Origin: Ferroacidibacillus organovorans
Lineage (GTDB): Bacteria; Bacillota; Bacilli; Alicyclobacillales; SLC66
Length of the DNA stretch: 39,975 nucleotides
Assembly (NCBI RefSeq): GCF_001642725.1
Contig: NZ_LSUQ01000006.1
Span: 62,001 to 101,975, forward strand
Direction: 5' to 3'
Under the pieces are notes generated by a model. It saw nothing but the letters and a program-made list of their open reading frames with translations. It had not been told where the DNA came from and searched no databases. A program made the translations under genes and the position numbers. Positions 1-9,702 of this stretch are shown piece by piece; within the stretch, counting starts at the first letter, position 1; every line of letters begins with the position of its first letter.

Positions 1-735
1 GTTGTGGAAGACACGACGGAGTTTATCCTCAATGTCAAGAAACTGGCATTGAAAATTCACTCTGACGAGTATAAGCGACTGATTATTGACATCGATCAAC
101 CTGGAGAAATTCGTGCAGGCGATATTCGCGGTGATTCGGATGTGGAGATTCTCAATCCGGATCTGCACATCGCGACGCTTGCCCCGGGTTCCCGCATCTA
201 TGTCGAAATGATGGCGCGAACGGGGCGCAGCTACATTCCGGCGAATCTGAACAAAGGCGAAGAGCAGGAGATTGGCGTGCTGCCGATCGATTCGATCTTC
301 TCCCCGATCTACCGCGTGAATTATCAGGTTGAGAACACGCGCGTTGGGCAGATTACCGACTATGACAAGTTGACGCTTGAGGTGTGGACGGATGGCAGTG
401 TTCGGCCAGATGAAGCGGTGAGCGACGCTTCCCGCATCCTGATTGAACAATTGGACCCGTTTCGCCGTTTGACAGATCACGGACGCCCGCTCGACACGAC
501 ACTTGAGCGTGGTGACGAAAAGCATGACAAGGCTTTGGATATGACCATCGAAGAGCTTGATCTTTCGGTGCGTTCCTATAATTGCCTAAAGCGTGCAGGA
601 ATCAACACGGTTGCGGAACTCTGTTCCCGCACGGAAGAAGAAATGATGAAGGTGCGTAACCTCGGCCGTAAGTCGCTGGAGGAAGTGCTTGAAAAATTGG
701 AACGTCTCGAGTTGGGCTTGCGCCCAGACGAGTGA
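1..735 (+). CDS. rpoA: RNA polymerase alpha subunit, 5'-truncated by window edge
   Basis: [24 protein letters not shown] and alpha-[23 protein letters not shown]; frame open from base 1; precedes rplQ. Confidence 0.99.
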   Translation, partial: VVEDTTEFILNVKKLALKIHSDEYKRLIIDIDQPGEIRAGDIRGDSDVEILNPDLHIATLAPGSRIYVEMMARTGRSYIPANLNKGEEQEIGVLPIDSIFSPIYRVNYQVENTRVGQITDYDKLTLEVWTDGSVRPDEAVSDASRILIEQLDPFRRLTDHGRPLDTTLERGDEKHDKALDMTIEELDLSVRSYNCLKRAGINTVAELCSRTEEEMMKVRNLGRKSLEEVLEKLERLELGLRPDE

Positions 736-767
736 AACTAGGCTGAGAGGCTGAAGGAGGAGTTACA

Positions 768-1145
768 ATGGCCATGGGCTACCGCAAGCTCAATCGGCGC
801 ACGGGTTCGCGCGAAGCGATGTTTCGCAGTCTCGTCACGGATCTCTTCATGTATGGAAGGATTCGCACGACAGAGGCGAAAGCCAAAGAGCTTCGCAAAC
901 TCGCGGATAAGATGATTACTCTCGCAAAGCGTGGCGATCTGCATTCCCGTCGCCTCGCCGCTGCGTATGTTCGTCCGGAAATGGTGCAAGTCGAGGGCGA
1001 AGCAACGCAAAATGTGCTGCAAAAGCTGTTCACGGAGATTGGTCCGAAATTCGCGGAGCGTCAAGGCGGCTACACGCGCATTCTTAAACTCGGACCACGT
1101 CGCGGCGATGCAACAGAGATGGTTTACATCGAGCTCGTCGAGTAG
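768..1145 (+). CDS. rplQ: 50S ribosomal protein L17
   Basis: GYRKLNR...[12 protein letters not shown]...[27 protein letters not shown] upstream. Confidence 0.99.
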   Translation: MAMGYRKLNRRTGSREAMFRSLVTDLFMYGRIRTTEAKAKELRKLADKMITLAKRGDLHSRRLAAAYVRPEMVQVEGEATQNVLQKLFTEIGPKFAERQGGYTRILKLGPRRGDATEMVYIELVE

Positions 1146-1156
1146 TTTGCATTGCG

Positions 1157-1924
1157 ATGACTCGGATCCGTCTCGTCGTCGCCTATGACGGCACAGGGTT
1201 TCGCGGCTTTCAGACACAGGGTTCCTTGCGAACTGTCCAGGGTGAATTGGATCGTGTGCTGTCCCGCGTCTTCTCACGAGAGATTCGTGTTGTCGGCGCA
1301 AGTCGCACCGATGCAGGCGTTCATGCGATTGGGCAGATGATTCACTTTGATGTGGATCATTGCCCGTATTCGGCGGATCATTTGCGCTATATTCTGCGCG
1401 CGCATCTTCCTGTTGATTTGACGGTGCCGCGCGTGGATATCGTGCCTGATACGTTTCATGTTCGCCACGATGTCACGTGGAAGACCTATCGCTATGAGTT
1501 GGACACGCGCGCTGTACCAGACGTCTTTCGTGCGAGGTACGCGGTTCACGTTCCTTATTCACTGAATGTGCGCGCGATGCAGGTCGCGAGTCACTATTTA
1601 GAAGGAATGCACGATTTCTCATCGTTCTGCTATGTTCACGCGCAGCAACCGGATAAGGTTCGAGAGGTCTACGCATTTCACGTAGAAGAGCGATCGGACT
1701 CGCTTCTTCTCACGGTCTCTGGCAACGGGTTTTTGCACAATATGGTGCGCATCATGGCGGGAACGCTGATCGACGTTGGTCGAGGACGTTTTCAAGCGGA
1801 TGACATTCAGACGATGCTCGGTGCAAAAGATCGCGCGAAGGCGGGGCCCACAGCGCCTGCCAAGGGGTTATGCCTCTGGCAGATCTCTTACAAGCCTTGG
1901 CCGTATCTTGACGAAACCCCTTGA
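1157..1924 (+). CDS. truA: tRNA pseudouridine(38-40) synthase
   Basis: AYDGTGFRGFQ, ASRTDAGVHA catalytic motif, GNGFLHNMVRIMAG. Confidence 0.97.
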   Translation: MTRIRLVVAYDGTGFRGFQTQGSLRTVQGELDRVLSRVFSREIRVVGASRTDAGVHAIGQMIHFDVDHCPYSADHLRYILRAHLPVDLTVPRVDIVPDTFHVRHDVTWKTYRYELDTRAVPDVFRARYAVHVPYSLNVRAMQVASHYLEGMHDFSSFCYVHAQQPDKVREVYAFHVEERSDSLLLTVSGNGFLHNMVRIMAGTLIDVGRGRFQADDIQTMLGAKDRAKAGPTAPAKGLCLWQISYKPWPYLDETP

Positions 1925-1937
1925 GGTACGGTACTCT
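1908..1937 (+). promoter_or_regulatory. Putative sigma-A promoter for rplM-rpsI
   Basis: TTGACG (1908-1913), 18 bp, TACTCT (1932-1937), overlapping the truA 3' end. Confidence 0.45.
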
Positions 1938-1989
1938 AAAATTCAATGCGTTGGATCAGCGAATGGAATGACATTTAGGAGGAACACCC

Positions 1990-2427
1990 ATGCGAACGAC
2001 CTATATGGCCAAGCCGGGTGCGGTTGAGAGAAACTGGTATGTTGTCGACGCAGCAGGCAAACGCGTCGGTCGCCTTGCGACTGAAATTGCGTCTGTCTTG
2101 CGCGGAAAGCATAAGCCTGAATTTACTCCGCATACGGATGTCGGCGACTTTGTCGTAGTAGTCAACGCCGAGAAAGTTGTATTTACAGGTAAGAAATTGA
2201 CGGATAAAGGCTATTTCCGTCACTCAGGCTATCCAGGTGGTCTGCGTGAAGTTAAAGCGATCGACATGTTGCGGACTCACCCAGAGCGCGTTCTGGAAGC
2301 GGCCGTCAAAGGTATGCTCCCCAAAAACAGCCTTGGTGCGCAATTGTATACGAAGCTTAAGGTGTACGCGGGTCCAGAACACCCACACCAGGCACAACAA
2401 CCAAAACCGCTCGTGATCAACGAATAA
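1990..2427 (+). CDS. rplM: 50S ribosomal protein L13
   Basis: WYVVDA...GRLAT...[12 protein letters not shown]...HSGYPGGL. Confidence 0.99.
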   Translation: MRTTYMAKPGAVERNWYVVDAAGKRVGRLATEIASVLRGKHKPEFTPHTDVGDFVVVVNAEKVVFTGKKLTDKGYFRHSGYPGGLREVKAIDMLRTHPERVLEAAVKGMLPKNSLGAQLYTKLKVYAGPEHPHQAQQPKPLVINE

Positions 2428-2447
2428 TCGCTGAAAGGAGGAGAACC

Positions 2448-2840
2448 ATGGCTCTCATTCAATATTGGGGTACAGGCCGCCGCAAAACGTCGGTAGCACG
2501 CGTACGATTGCTTCCAGGTGAAGGCGCGGTGCGCATCAACAACCGCACCATGGATGAGTACTTCGGGCTTGAGACGTTGAAACTGATTGTGAAGCAGCCG
2601 CTTCTCGTCACAGAAACGCTAGGTCGCTATGATGTGCTTGTAAACGTTCAGGGTGGAGGTATTTCTGGTCAGGCAGGCGCCATTCGTCACGGCATTGCCA
2701 GAGCCCTCTTGAAAATTGACCCGGATTTACGTCTTGCGCTTAAGCGGGAAGGGTTTTTAACCCGCGATGCGCGCATGAAAGAGCGTAAGAAGTATGGTCT
2801 CAAAGCGGCTCGCCGAGCGCCACAGTTTTCAAAACGCTAA
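2448..2840 (+). CDS. rpsI: 30S ribosomal protein S9
   Basis: [12 protein letters not shown]...[14 protein letters not shown]...[19 protein letters not shown]. Confidence 0.99.
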   Translation: MALIQYWGTGRRKTSVARVRLLPGEGAVRINNRTMDEYFGLETLKLIVKQPLLVTETLGRYDVLVNVQGGGISGQAGAIRHGIARALLKIDPDLRLALKREGFLTRDARMKERKKYGLKAARRAPQFSKR

Positions 2841-2893
2841 CGTACCGTTTGCCACAGTTGTCAACGTTTATCGAACAAGTGCGTCAGCGTATC

Positions 2894-2930
2894 AAAAAGG
2901 TACTCCTCGACAAGAGAGGAGTACCTTTTT
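2894..2930 (+). terminator. Intrinsic terminator after rpsI
   Basis: Perfect 15-bp inverted repeat AAAAAGGTACTCCTC / GAGGAGTACCTTTTT. Confidence 0.9.
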
Positions 2931-2966
2931 CGTGTTACAATTCATGTCAGATGGAGGTGTTGAGGC

Positions 2967-4061
2967 ATGTCGAGCGAAGTCACGAGAGAAGCGATTCTTG
3001 ACGCGTTAAAGGACGTGCAAGATCCTGAAGTTCAGCGCAGTATTGTGGAAATGGATATGGTGAAGTCGATTGAGATCAAAGGTTCAGTCGCTCATGTTGA
3101 AGTGCTATTAACCATTCACGGGTGCCCTCTGCGCTCGGTGATTGAAGATCAGGTGCGCGATGCGTTGTTACGCGTCGAAGGAATTAGCGATGCGCATGTG
3201 GTGATCGGAACGATGAGCGATGAAGAGCGGCAGCGTTTCGCGGCAAAATTAAAGGGACCTGGCGCGTCTGCGCAACAGACGCCAGACCTGCTAAAACCTG
3301 ATACACTCACTGAATTTGTCGCCATTGCAAGCGGTAAAGGTGGTGTCGGAAAATCGACGGTGACTGCGAATCTCGCGGTGGCACTAGGGCGCTTAGGATA
3401 TCGCGTGGGTGTTATCGACGCGGACATCTACGGATTTTCCCTACCGAATCTTTTTGGCGTGGCGGACGTGAAACCGGCGGTCGTAGAAAATGTGGTGATG
3501 CCCGTTCAAGTGAAAGGGATCAAGCTCATCAGCATGCAGTTTTTTGTACCGGATAATCGACCGATCATTTGGCGCGGTCCCATGCTCGGAAAAATGTTGC
3601 GTAATTTTTTTCAGGAAGTGCACTGGGGCGCCCTCGATGTGGTGTTGCTCGATCTTCCGCCAGGCACAGGTGATATGGCGCTCGATGTCCACGGTATGTT
3701 TCCGCGCAGCAAGGAGTTGATCGTGACGACGCCACAGCAAACGGCGGCGGACGTGGCGATTCGCGCGGGACTTATGGCGCTACACACGAAACATGAAGTC
3801 CTTGGCGTCATTGAAAACATGGCGTTCTATCAGTGTAAAGGCTGCGGTGAACGCGCTTATCTCTTTGGGCAGGGCGGTGGAGCCCAAGTGGCAGACGGAT
3901 TGCAAACGAGTGTGCTGGCACAGATTCCGATGGGTGAACCGATGCCAGGCACGCAGGGGATATTCGCCCGGGATTCGTTGCAAGGCCAGGCGTTTGACCT
4001 CTTGGCGCAACAGTTGGCGACAGAGCTGCGGCTTGAGGCGCTCGCGGCCGCGCGTGATTGA
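2967..4061 (+). CDS. mrp: Mrp/ApbC/NBP35-family ATPase (Fe-S carrier; at the salA locus)
   Basis: N-terminal DPE...TIHGCP domain, deviant Walker A SGKGGVGKST, WRGPM, DLPPGTGD, ENMA..CKGC. Confidence 0.93.
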   Translation: MSSEVTREAILDALKDVQDPEVQRSIVEMDMVKSIEIKGSVAHVEVLLTIHGCPLRSVIEDQVRDALLRVEGISDAHVVIGTMSDEERQRFAAKLKGPGASAQQTPDLLKPDTLTEFVAIASGKGGVGKSTVTANLAVALGRLGYRVGVIDADIYGFSLPNLFGVADVKPAVVENVVMPVQVKGIKLISMQFFVPDNRPIIWRGPMLGKMLRNFFQEVHWGALDVVLLDLPPGTGDMALDVHGMFPRSKELIVTTPQQTAADVAIRAGLMALHTKHEVLGVIENMAFYQCKGCGERAYLFGQGGGAQVADGLQTSVLAQIPMGEPMPGTQGIFARDSLQGQAFDLLAQQLATELRLEALAAARD

Positions 4062-4111
4062 CGGTTGTCTGATGTTTTGTGAGTAACGATAAATTTATAC
4101 AATTCGTGACG

Positions 4112-4146
4112 AAGCATGCCTGAGCGGTTAAAGGGCATGCTTTTTT
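4112..4146 (+). terminator. Intrinsic terminator after mrp
   Basis: AAGCATGCCT / GGGCATGCTT stem followed by T6. Confidence 0.8.
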
Positions 4147-4158
4147 CTATCGATTCAC

Positions 4159-4218
4159 TTGCATGAAATGGGCAACTTGTTATAATGCAAGTACATACTT
4201 ACGCAAGTGAGAGCTTGC
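4159..4218 (+). promoter_or_regulatory. Sigma-A promoter with tandem TetR-type operators
   Basis: TTGCAT (4159-4164), 16 bp, TATAAT (4181-4186) with extended TG; adjacent imperfect palindromes GCAAGTACATACTTAC (4187-4202) and GCAAGTGAGAGCTTGC (4203-4218). Confidence 0.7.
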
Positions 4219-4241
4219 ACGCATCGAGAGGGGGGATTGGT

Positions 4242-4895
4242 TTGGATGATACGCCGCAGAGTTCGCGTGTCTCATCCACTGACCAGGATGCGCATGCCCG
4301 CATCCTGCGCGCCGCCCTGACCGAATTTACGCAGCGCGGCTACAAGGGGGCAAGCACTCGCGGAATTGCAGAGCGGGCAGGTGTGAATGAAGTCACGCTT
4401 TTTCGGCACTTCGGAAGTAAGCTTGACCTGTTGCGCGCTGCCGTGGAGCAGGCATTGATGCAGATGAAGATTCCGCAGGATTTGGAGCCTTATCTTCACG
4501 GAACGCTTGAACAGGGATTGAGTCAGTTTATCTCTGACTATCTCTTGCAGGTGACGGCGCAAAGCGACATCTTAATGCTCGGTTTCTCAGAGGCGTTTAG
4601 CCAGCCTGAAATCTCCGATCTGCTGCGTGAATTTATGTGGAAGATGCGAGGGATGATCGTTCGCTATTTTGAGGCTATGCGCGAACGAGGGGCGATCAAG
4701 GAAGGGGACTACCCGATTCTTGCCCATATCATCATGACCTCACTGCACGGCGCAGCCTCGATGCGAAAGAGAACGCCGATTGAAATGGCGCAGTTGAGCG
4801 ATGAGCGCCTGACGGGCTGCCTTGTGAAGACGATCGTGGATGCATACGCAAGGTACGCGCCTGATTCACCGATTCATGACACGCAATTAACGTAA
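4242..4895 (+). CDS. TetR/AcrR-family transcriptional regulator
   Basis: HTH GYKGASTRGIAERAGVNEVTLFRHFGSK; start moved to TTG 4242 (G-rich SD), because the ORF-track ATG at 4185 lies in the promoter. Confidence 0.92.
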   Translation: MDDTPQSSRVSSTDQDAHARILRAALTEFTQRGYKGASTRGIAERAGVNEVTLFRHFGSKLDLLRAAVEQALMQMKIPQDLEPYLHGTLEQGLSQFISDYLLQVTAQSDILMLGFSEAFSQPEISDLLREFMWKMRGMIVRYFEAMRERGAIKEGDYPILAHIIMTSLHGAASMRKRTPIEMAQLSDERLTGCLVKTIVDAYARYAPDSPIHDTQLT

Positions 4896-4907
4896 GGGGG
4901 GTTCTGT

Positions 4908-5549
4908 GTGGCGAATCCGCGCACAGTCAGTCTTTCGATTATCAGCATTCTTGCCGCAATCGTGGTGATTGGCGGAGGTGGATATTACATCTACCAGCAG
5001 CAAAACTACGTAACAACAGATAATGCAAGCATTCAAGGGACGATGAGTCAAATCACGTCTCCAGCCGACGGAACGCTTGTCAATTGGCGCGTCAATGACG
5101 GTGCTACGGTGCAAAGAGGCACTGTGATTGGACAGGTGCAGGGATTGACCGGTACGACGGACATTACGGCGCCGATTACGGGCACATTTCTCCAAAATAA
5201 CGCTGTTGATCGCGAAATTGTCGTTCCGGGAGAATCGCTCGGCTATATGAGTAACCTGAATAATTTGCAGATCGTCGCCAACGTAAACGAGACGGACATC
5301 AGCAACGTTACGGTGGGTAAACCAGTAAACATTACGATCGATGCGTACCCAGGAACGCTGTTTACGGGAACGGTCAGTCAAATCGGCAGTGCTTCAACTG
5401 TTTTGTCACAAGGAATTCCGAATACGAGTTTGACGGGCAATTTTAATAAAGTGGTGCAACGTGTACCTGTTTACATCTCGATTAACGGTACAGAAGGAAA
5501 ACAGCTCATGCCGGGCCTATCTGCAGAAGTATCCATAAATCGCAATTGA
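4908..5549 (+). CDS. Short EmrA/HlyD-family membrane fusion protein (YhbJ-like)
   Basis: N-terminal TM, YVTTDNA, ITAPITG lipoyl half, GNFNKVVQRVPV. Confidence 0.88.
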   Translation: MANPRTVSLSIISILAAIVVIGGGGYYIYQQQNYVTTDNASIQGTMSQITSPADGTLVNWRVNDGATVQRGTVIGQVQGLTGTTDITAPITGTFLQNNAVDREIVVPGESLGYMSNLNNLQIVANVNETDISNVTVGKPVNITIDAYPGTLFTGTVSQIGSASTVLSQGIPNTSLTGNFNKVVQRVPVYISINGTEGKQLMPGLSAEVSINRN

Positions 5550-5585
5550 CTGTAGAAAGACTTTCTGTGAATGGAGTGAAACGCT

Positions 5586-6317
5586 TTGGCGAACAGCAGC
5601 ATCGTACGCGTCGTCCTCATCAACCTTATCGTGCTCGTCGTCCTGATTGGCGCATTATTCGGCGGATACTTGTACTACACGAATTCGACGAACTTTGTCA
5701 CATCGCAAGATGCGCAGGTCACAGGCACCATTGTCCCGATCACCGTTCAGTATGCTGGACGCCTCAACTCGTGGGATGCGGCAGTCAACACAACGGTCAA
5801 TCAATCTGACGTGCTCGGCACAGAGTCAAACACCTCCGTGCTCGCGATGAACCCGCTTTTGAGCGGGCTGGTCGCGCATAATTCAACGCTGCGCCAGCGT
5901 CTGAACGATGCGGAGTCGATCCAATCGCCGATAAGTGGAACGATCATTCAAAACAACGTGCAGAATGGTCAAGTGGTGCAACCCGGTCAAGTGTTGGCTG
6001 AAGTGGTGAACCTGGGCGACCTGAATGTGACGGCGAATATCTCGGAGACAGAAATACGACACGTCTTAGTGGGGCAGAGTGTAGATGTAACGATTGACGG
6101 CATTCCAAACACGACGTTTAAAGGTACGGTTCAATCGATTGGCAACGCAACGCAATCTGCGTTTTCACTCGTGCCGAACATCTCAGCTGCATCCGGTTCG
6201 TACACCAAAGTGGAACAGCGAATTCCCGTTGTGATCAGTTTGAATGGTGGCTACTCCGGAAAACCGGTCGTGCCTGGGATGAATGCGGTCGTGGCGATTC
6301 ACGTCAACAACAATTGA
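5586..6317 (+). CDS. Second short EmrA/HlyD-family membrane fusion protein
   Basis: N-terminal TM, FVTSQDAQV, IQSPISG, GSYTKVEQRIPV, PGMNA. Confidence 0.88.
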   Translation: MANSSIVRVVLINLIVLVVLIGALFGGYLYYTNSTNFVTSQDAQVTGTIVPITVQYAGRLNSWDAAVNTTVNQSDVLGTESNTSVLAMNPLLSGLVAHNSTLRQRLNDAESIQSPISGTIIQNNVQNGQVVQPGQVLAEVVNLGDLNVTANISETEIRHVLVGQSVDVTIDGIPNTTFKGTVQSIGNATQSAFSLVPNISAASGSYTKVEQRIPVVISLNGGYSGKPVVPGMNAVVAIHVNNN

Positions 6318-6349
6318 TTAGGGTGGATGAATGATAGGGGGGAAAGCGC

Positions 6350-7894
6350 GTGTCGTTTAAAGAACGGTTTGGTATGAGCCCTCTCGCCCTCATCAGCGTC
6401 GTGTTCGGCGTCTTCATGGCGATTCTTGACAATACCGTCGTGAACGTCGCCATCCCAAAAATGATGTCGGTGTTTGCGGCAACCCAGAATGAGATTGAAT
6501 GGGTCATCACGGGGTATCTGCTCGTAACGGGGATGCTCACACCCGTTAGTGGGTATCTCGGTGACCGCTTTGGCCAAAAGCGAATCTATCTTATCGCGCT
6601 CGGAATCTTCACCGCGGGATCGGCGCTGTGTGGGTTATCGTGGAGCACGGAGTCGATTATCACCTTTCGCGTGATTCAAGCGATTGGTGGCGCGATGCTG
6701 ATGCCCGTCTCGATGACGATTCTCTTTAGCATGTCAAAGCCGGAGCGGCGCGGTACGATCATGGGAATTTGGGGTATTGCGCTCATGTTCGCGCCAGCGC
6801 TCGGACCTACACTTAGCGGATACTTTGTGGAGTACCTCAATTGGCGGCTCATTTTCTACATCAACGTGCCAATCGGGATCTTGAGTTTTTTCATGGTCAC
6901 CGCATCGATTCCGAAGATGCCCGCGCGCTCGACAGAGCGTCTCGACATCGCCGGATTTCTCACATCACTTGTCGGATTCTTCTGCGTGCTGTACGCGCTC
7001 TCTGAAGCGCCTGCCGACGGCTGGGGATCAATCACGATCCTTTCCTTTTTGACCGCGGGCATCATCCTTCTGACGTTTTTCGTGGCGATCGAACTCACAG
7101 CAAAAAATCCGATGCTCGATCTTCGTCTCTTAAAGCGCAAAGTGTTTCTGGTCTCGATCATCACGTCAAGTTTACTGAGCGTATCCATGCTCGGTGCGCT
7201 TTTCATCTTGCCGGTTTTTTTACAAAACAGCCTTGGATTCACACCGCTTGAGACAGGTCTTTTGACGTTGCCGGGGGCCATTGTGACAGGTGTTCTCATG
7301 CCGATCTCGGGGAGTCTGTTTGATCGCATCGGCGCGCGCCCACTCGGCATTCTCGGTTTAGCCATCATGCTCGTTGGCTCCCTGCTTTTGATGGGCATTG
7401 ACCTCAATTGGACGTTTGGCACGATTCTTCTTGTTTACATGTTTCGCCAAGCGGGAATGGGGCTCTCTATGATGCCGCTCTCCACGGCTGGCATGAACGA
7501 TGTGCCGCGTGAACTGGTCAGTCGAGCGACTGCGCTGCAAAATACGATGCGAAATGTCGCAGGTTCTATTGGCACCGCGTATTTGAGCACCGTCATGCAA
7601 TCTCAATCTTCGACAAATTTGATTACGTATCTTCAACGTCTGAGCGTTCACAACCTATCGCAAATCAATTTGACGGGGATTCCTTCCGTGTTTGGTGTTA
7701 CAAATTCAACGCAGTTGACCTCGCTGGTCGGGGAGCTTCAGCAAATCGCGTTTGAGCACGGCACACAAACTGCGTTTGCTGTTGCGGCGATCATCTCTGT
7801 CTTAGGGTTTATCTCCGTGCTCTTTATCGGAAAAAAGAAACCGCCGCTCGATATGGGCCAGCGTGGTGGACGTTCCGCGGCGATCATGGAATAA
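6350..7894 (+). CDS. DHA2-family (EmrB/QacA) MFS efflux permease
   Basis: LDNTVVNVAIP, GYLGDRFGQKR, FRVIQAIGG, WRLIFYINVPIG; many TM segments. Confidence 0.95.
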   Translation: MSFKERFGMSPLALISVVFGVFMAILDNTVVNVAIPKMMSVFAATQNEIEWVITGYLLVTGMLTPVSGYLGDRFGQKRIYLIALGIFTAGSALCGLSWSTESIITFRVIQAIGGAMLMPVSMTILFSMSKPERRGTIMGIWGIALMFAPALGPTLSGYFVEYLNWRLIFYINVPIGILSFFMVTASIPKMPARSTERLDIAGFLTSLVGFFCVLYALSEAPADGWGSITILSFLTAGIILLTFFVAIELTAKNPMLDLRLLKRKVFLVSIITSSLLSVSMLGALFILPVFLQNSLGFTPLETGLLTLPGAIVTGVLMPISGSLFDRIGARPLGILGLAIMLVGSLLLMGIDLNWTFGTILLVYMFRQAGMGLSMMPLSTAGMNDVPRELVSRATALQNTMRNVAGSIGTAYLSTVMQSQSSTNLITYLQRLSVHNLSQINLTGIPSVFGVTNSTQLTSLVGELQQIAFEHGTQTAFAVAAIISVLGFISVLFIGKKKPPLDMGQRGGRSAAIME

Positions 7895-7909
7895 GGGATG
7901 TTATCGACA

Positions 7910-7948
7910 AAAAAAGGTTCGCAGGCGATTGCTCTGCGAACCTTTTTT
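7910..7948. terminator. Bidirectional intrinsic terminator between MFS gene and gerD
   Basis: AAAAAAGGTTCGCAG / CTGCGAACCTTTTTT inverted repeat between convergent genes. Confidence 0.9.
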
Positions 7949-8817
7949 CAAGAAGAGGAGCCCTCACTGCCACTTCCCTCTTTTTCTCCGCTAGAGGAGT
8001 CGCTCTGCTTATCTTTCTGAGTATCTTCTTGATCGCTCTTTCCTTTTTCCCCTTTCTCCCCTTTTTCAGACGCTCCCGGTTTTTCGGTTTTCCCCATTTT
8101 CTCTTTATCGCCACCGCCCGCCTGCTTTACTGCCTCTTTCATACTATCCTGAAAGAGCAGTCGAAACGTGGGCAGTTGCAGCGCCTCTGTCATAATCATC
8201 ATGATCTCTTTTCGGTATTCAGGGCTCTTCAAAAGATCAAACTGCATTTTCTGATACTCAGGCGACTTCATGAGAGCGAGCAGATCCTTTTGATACGTAG
8301 GATCGGTCATCAATTGTTTTTGCACGTTCGTCAATTGTTCCTTAGAGGCATTGACGACGGCGGCGGCGAATTGCGGGTCTTTCATTTGCTCGGTCAGCAG
8401 GCTTTTGTTTTTGCCTTGTTGCAACGTTTTTTCCACAGCCGTACTGATATCTGCCTGCGTAACCACTGACAGTCGTTTAAACTCAGGACTTGTCATCGTA
8501 TCGCGAAGTGTCGCCATTCCTTCTTTGCTGTGGAGGATATCCAGCACCATCGCTTTTAGGTCTGGATACGCCGTACCTCCGCTGCTCGCTTGACCTGATT
8601 TACCCGCTGCGCCTTGTGTCCCGCCTTGACCCGTCGCTTGTCCGTCCTGCCCTTGCGGTGAGGAAGAACCACTCTGCGGTGCAGAAGAGCCGCTCTGCGG
8701 TGAAGCGTTAGACACTTCTGCGGAAGTTGAGCCTCCTAGCCCGCAGCCTGCGAGCGTCGCAGTCAATCCCAGGCCGAGCAGCCAGACGTGGGCTGCGTGC
8801 GTTGCTGATTTCATCAC
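7948..8817 (-). CDS. gerD: Spore germination lipoprotein GerD
   Basis: Lipobox LAGC, YPDLKAMVLDILHSKEG, repeated DP/SP helical motifs (LMTDPTYQK, LMKSPEYQK); position near mrp and pdaB. Confidence 0.85.
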   Translation of the reverse strand: MMKSATHAAHVWLLGLGLTATLAGCGLGGSTSAEVSNASPQSGSSAPQSGSSSPQGQDGQATGQGGTQGAAGKSGQASSGGTAYPDLKAMVLDILHSKEGMATLRDTMTSPEFKRLSVVTQADISTAVEKTLQQGKNKSLLTEQMKDPQFAAAVVNASKEQLTNVQKQLMTDPTYQKDLLALMKSPEYQKMQFDLLKSPEYRKEIMMIMTEALQLPTFRLLFQDSMKEAVKQAGGGDKEKMGKTEKPGASEKGEKGEKGKSDQEDTQKDKQSDSSSGEKEGSGSEGSSS

Positions 8818-8859
8818 GATTCACCTTCTTTCTTCAGCGAGCGTGATTAAAAGAAAATG

Positions 8860-9624
8860 TCACTGAACGGTCGAGTGTGTCGCGGCTCCCTTTACCAGTT
8901 CCGTCACGGTCGCAAAGTGGTAACCTTTTTCGCGCAGGCCGTCGATCACTGCGGGCAATGCCAGGTGCGTCTGCTTGCAAGAGTCGCTCGCATGCATCAG
9001 AATGATGTCGCCAGGTACGACGCGAGTCAGCACACGATTTTTGATCGCTTCGACGCCAGGATTCATCCAATCCAATGAATCGGTGTTCCACTGAATCGTG
9101 CTATACCCCATGCTGTGCAGCGTCGACAGAACCTGTTTGTTAAAATCACCGTTAGGCGTACGAATCAAGCGGGTCTTCACGTTCAGTACTTCTTGCAGGC
9201 TCGCATCCGCCTTTTGAACTTGCTCGCGAATCCAGCCTTCGCTGAATTCGGAGTAATTCTTGTGCATATACCCGTGGCTGCCGATTTCAAAACCCATGGA
9301 TTTGATACGTTTGGCAATCTCTTGGTGGTGAAGTACCCATGGTCCGGATAGGAAAAAGGTTGCCTTATCGACGTGTTTTTGGGCTAAGATATCGAGGATA
9401 GGTCCTGGCGATTTCTCGCCCCACGAGATATCGAACGTGAGTGCAACGACCTTCTGATTGGTTTGCACCTTATAGATCGCTTCCGGGGTCTTTGATAAAG
9501 GCGCTTCAGTTTTGGTTTTCGCATACGTGACGTAGGATGAACCGAACGTAAGCGCAGTCAGCAAAAGTGCTGTGCCAATCCGTACAGCGCGTTTAGCAAG
9601 CTTTGGACGAAAGGATTTGATGAT
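8860..9624 (-). CDS. pdaB: Polysaccharide deacetylase family sporulation protein PdaB (start probably non-canonical ATC at 9624 or 9621)
   Basis: VALTFDISWG, ATFFLSGPW, EIGSHG, RTPNG, GDIILMHASD; SD GGAGGTG at 9635-9629; upstream extension supplies the signal-peptide N-region. Confidence 0.9.
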   Translation of the reverse strand: MIKSFRPKLAKRAVRIGTALLLTALTFGSSYVTYAKTKTEAPLSKTPEAIYKVQTNQKVVALTFDISWGEKSPGPILDILAQKHVDKATFFLSGPWVLHHQEIAKRIKSMGFEIGSHGYMHKNYSEFSEGWIREQVQKADASLQEVLNVKTRLIRTPNGDFNKQVLSTLHSMGYSTIQWNTDSLDWMNPGVEAIKNRVLTRVVPGDIILMHASDSCKQTHLALPAVIDGLREKGYHFATVTELVKGAATHSTVQ

Positions 9625-9702
9625 GGAGCACCTCCATTCATTCGATTCGTTTCTCAGTTTGCGCGATGGAACGATTCGGCATACACGAGAGGGGAAATCA
9701 TC

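Noticed and set aside
8660..8705. 21-bp-period repeat in gerD (PQSGSS units)
   Set aside because: Low-complexity lipoprotein linker; not a regulatory or CRISPR repeat.
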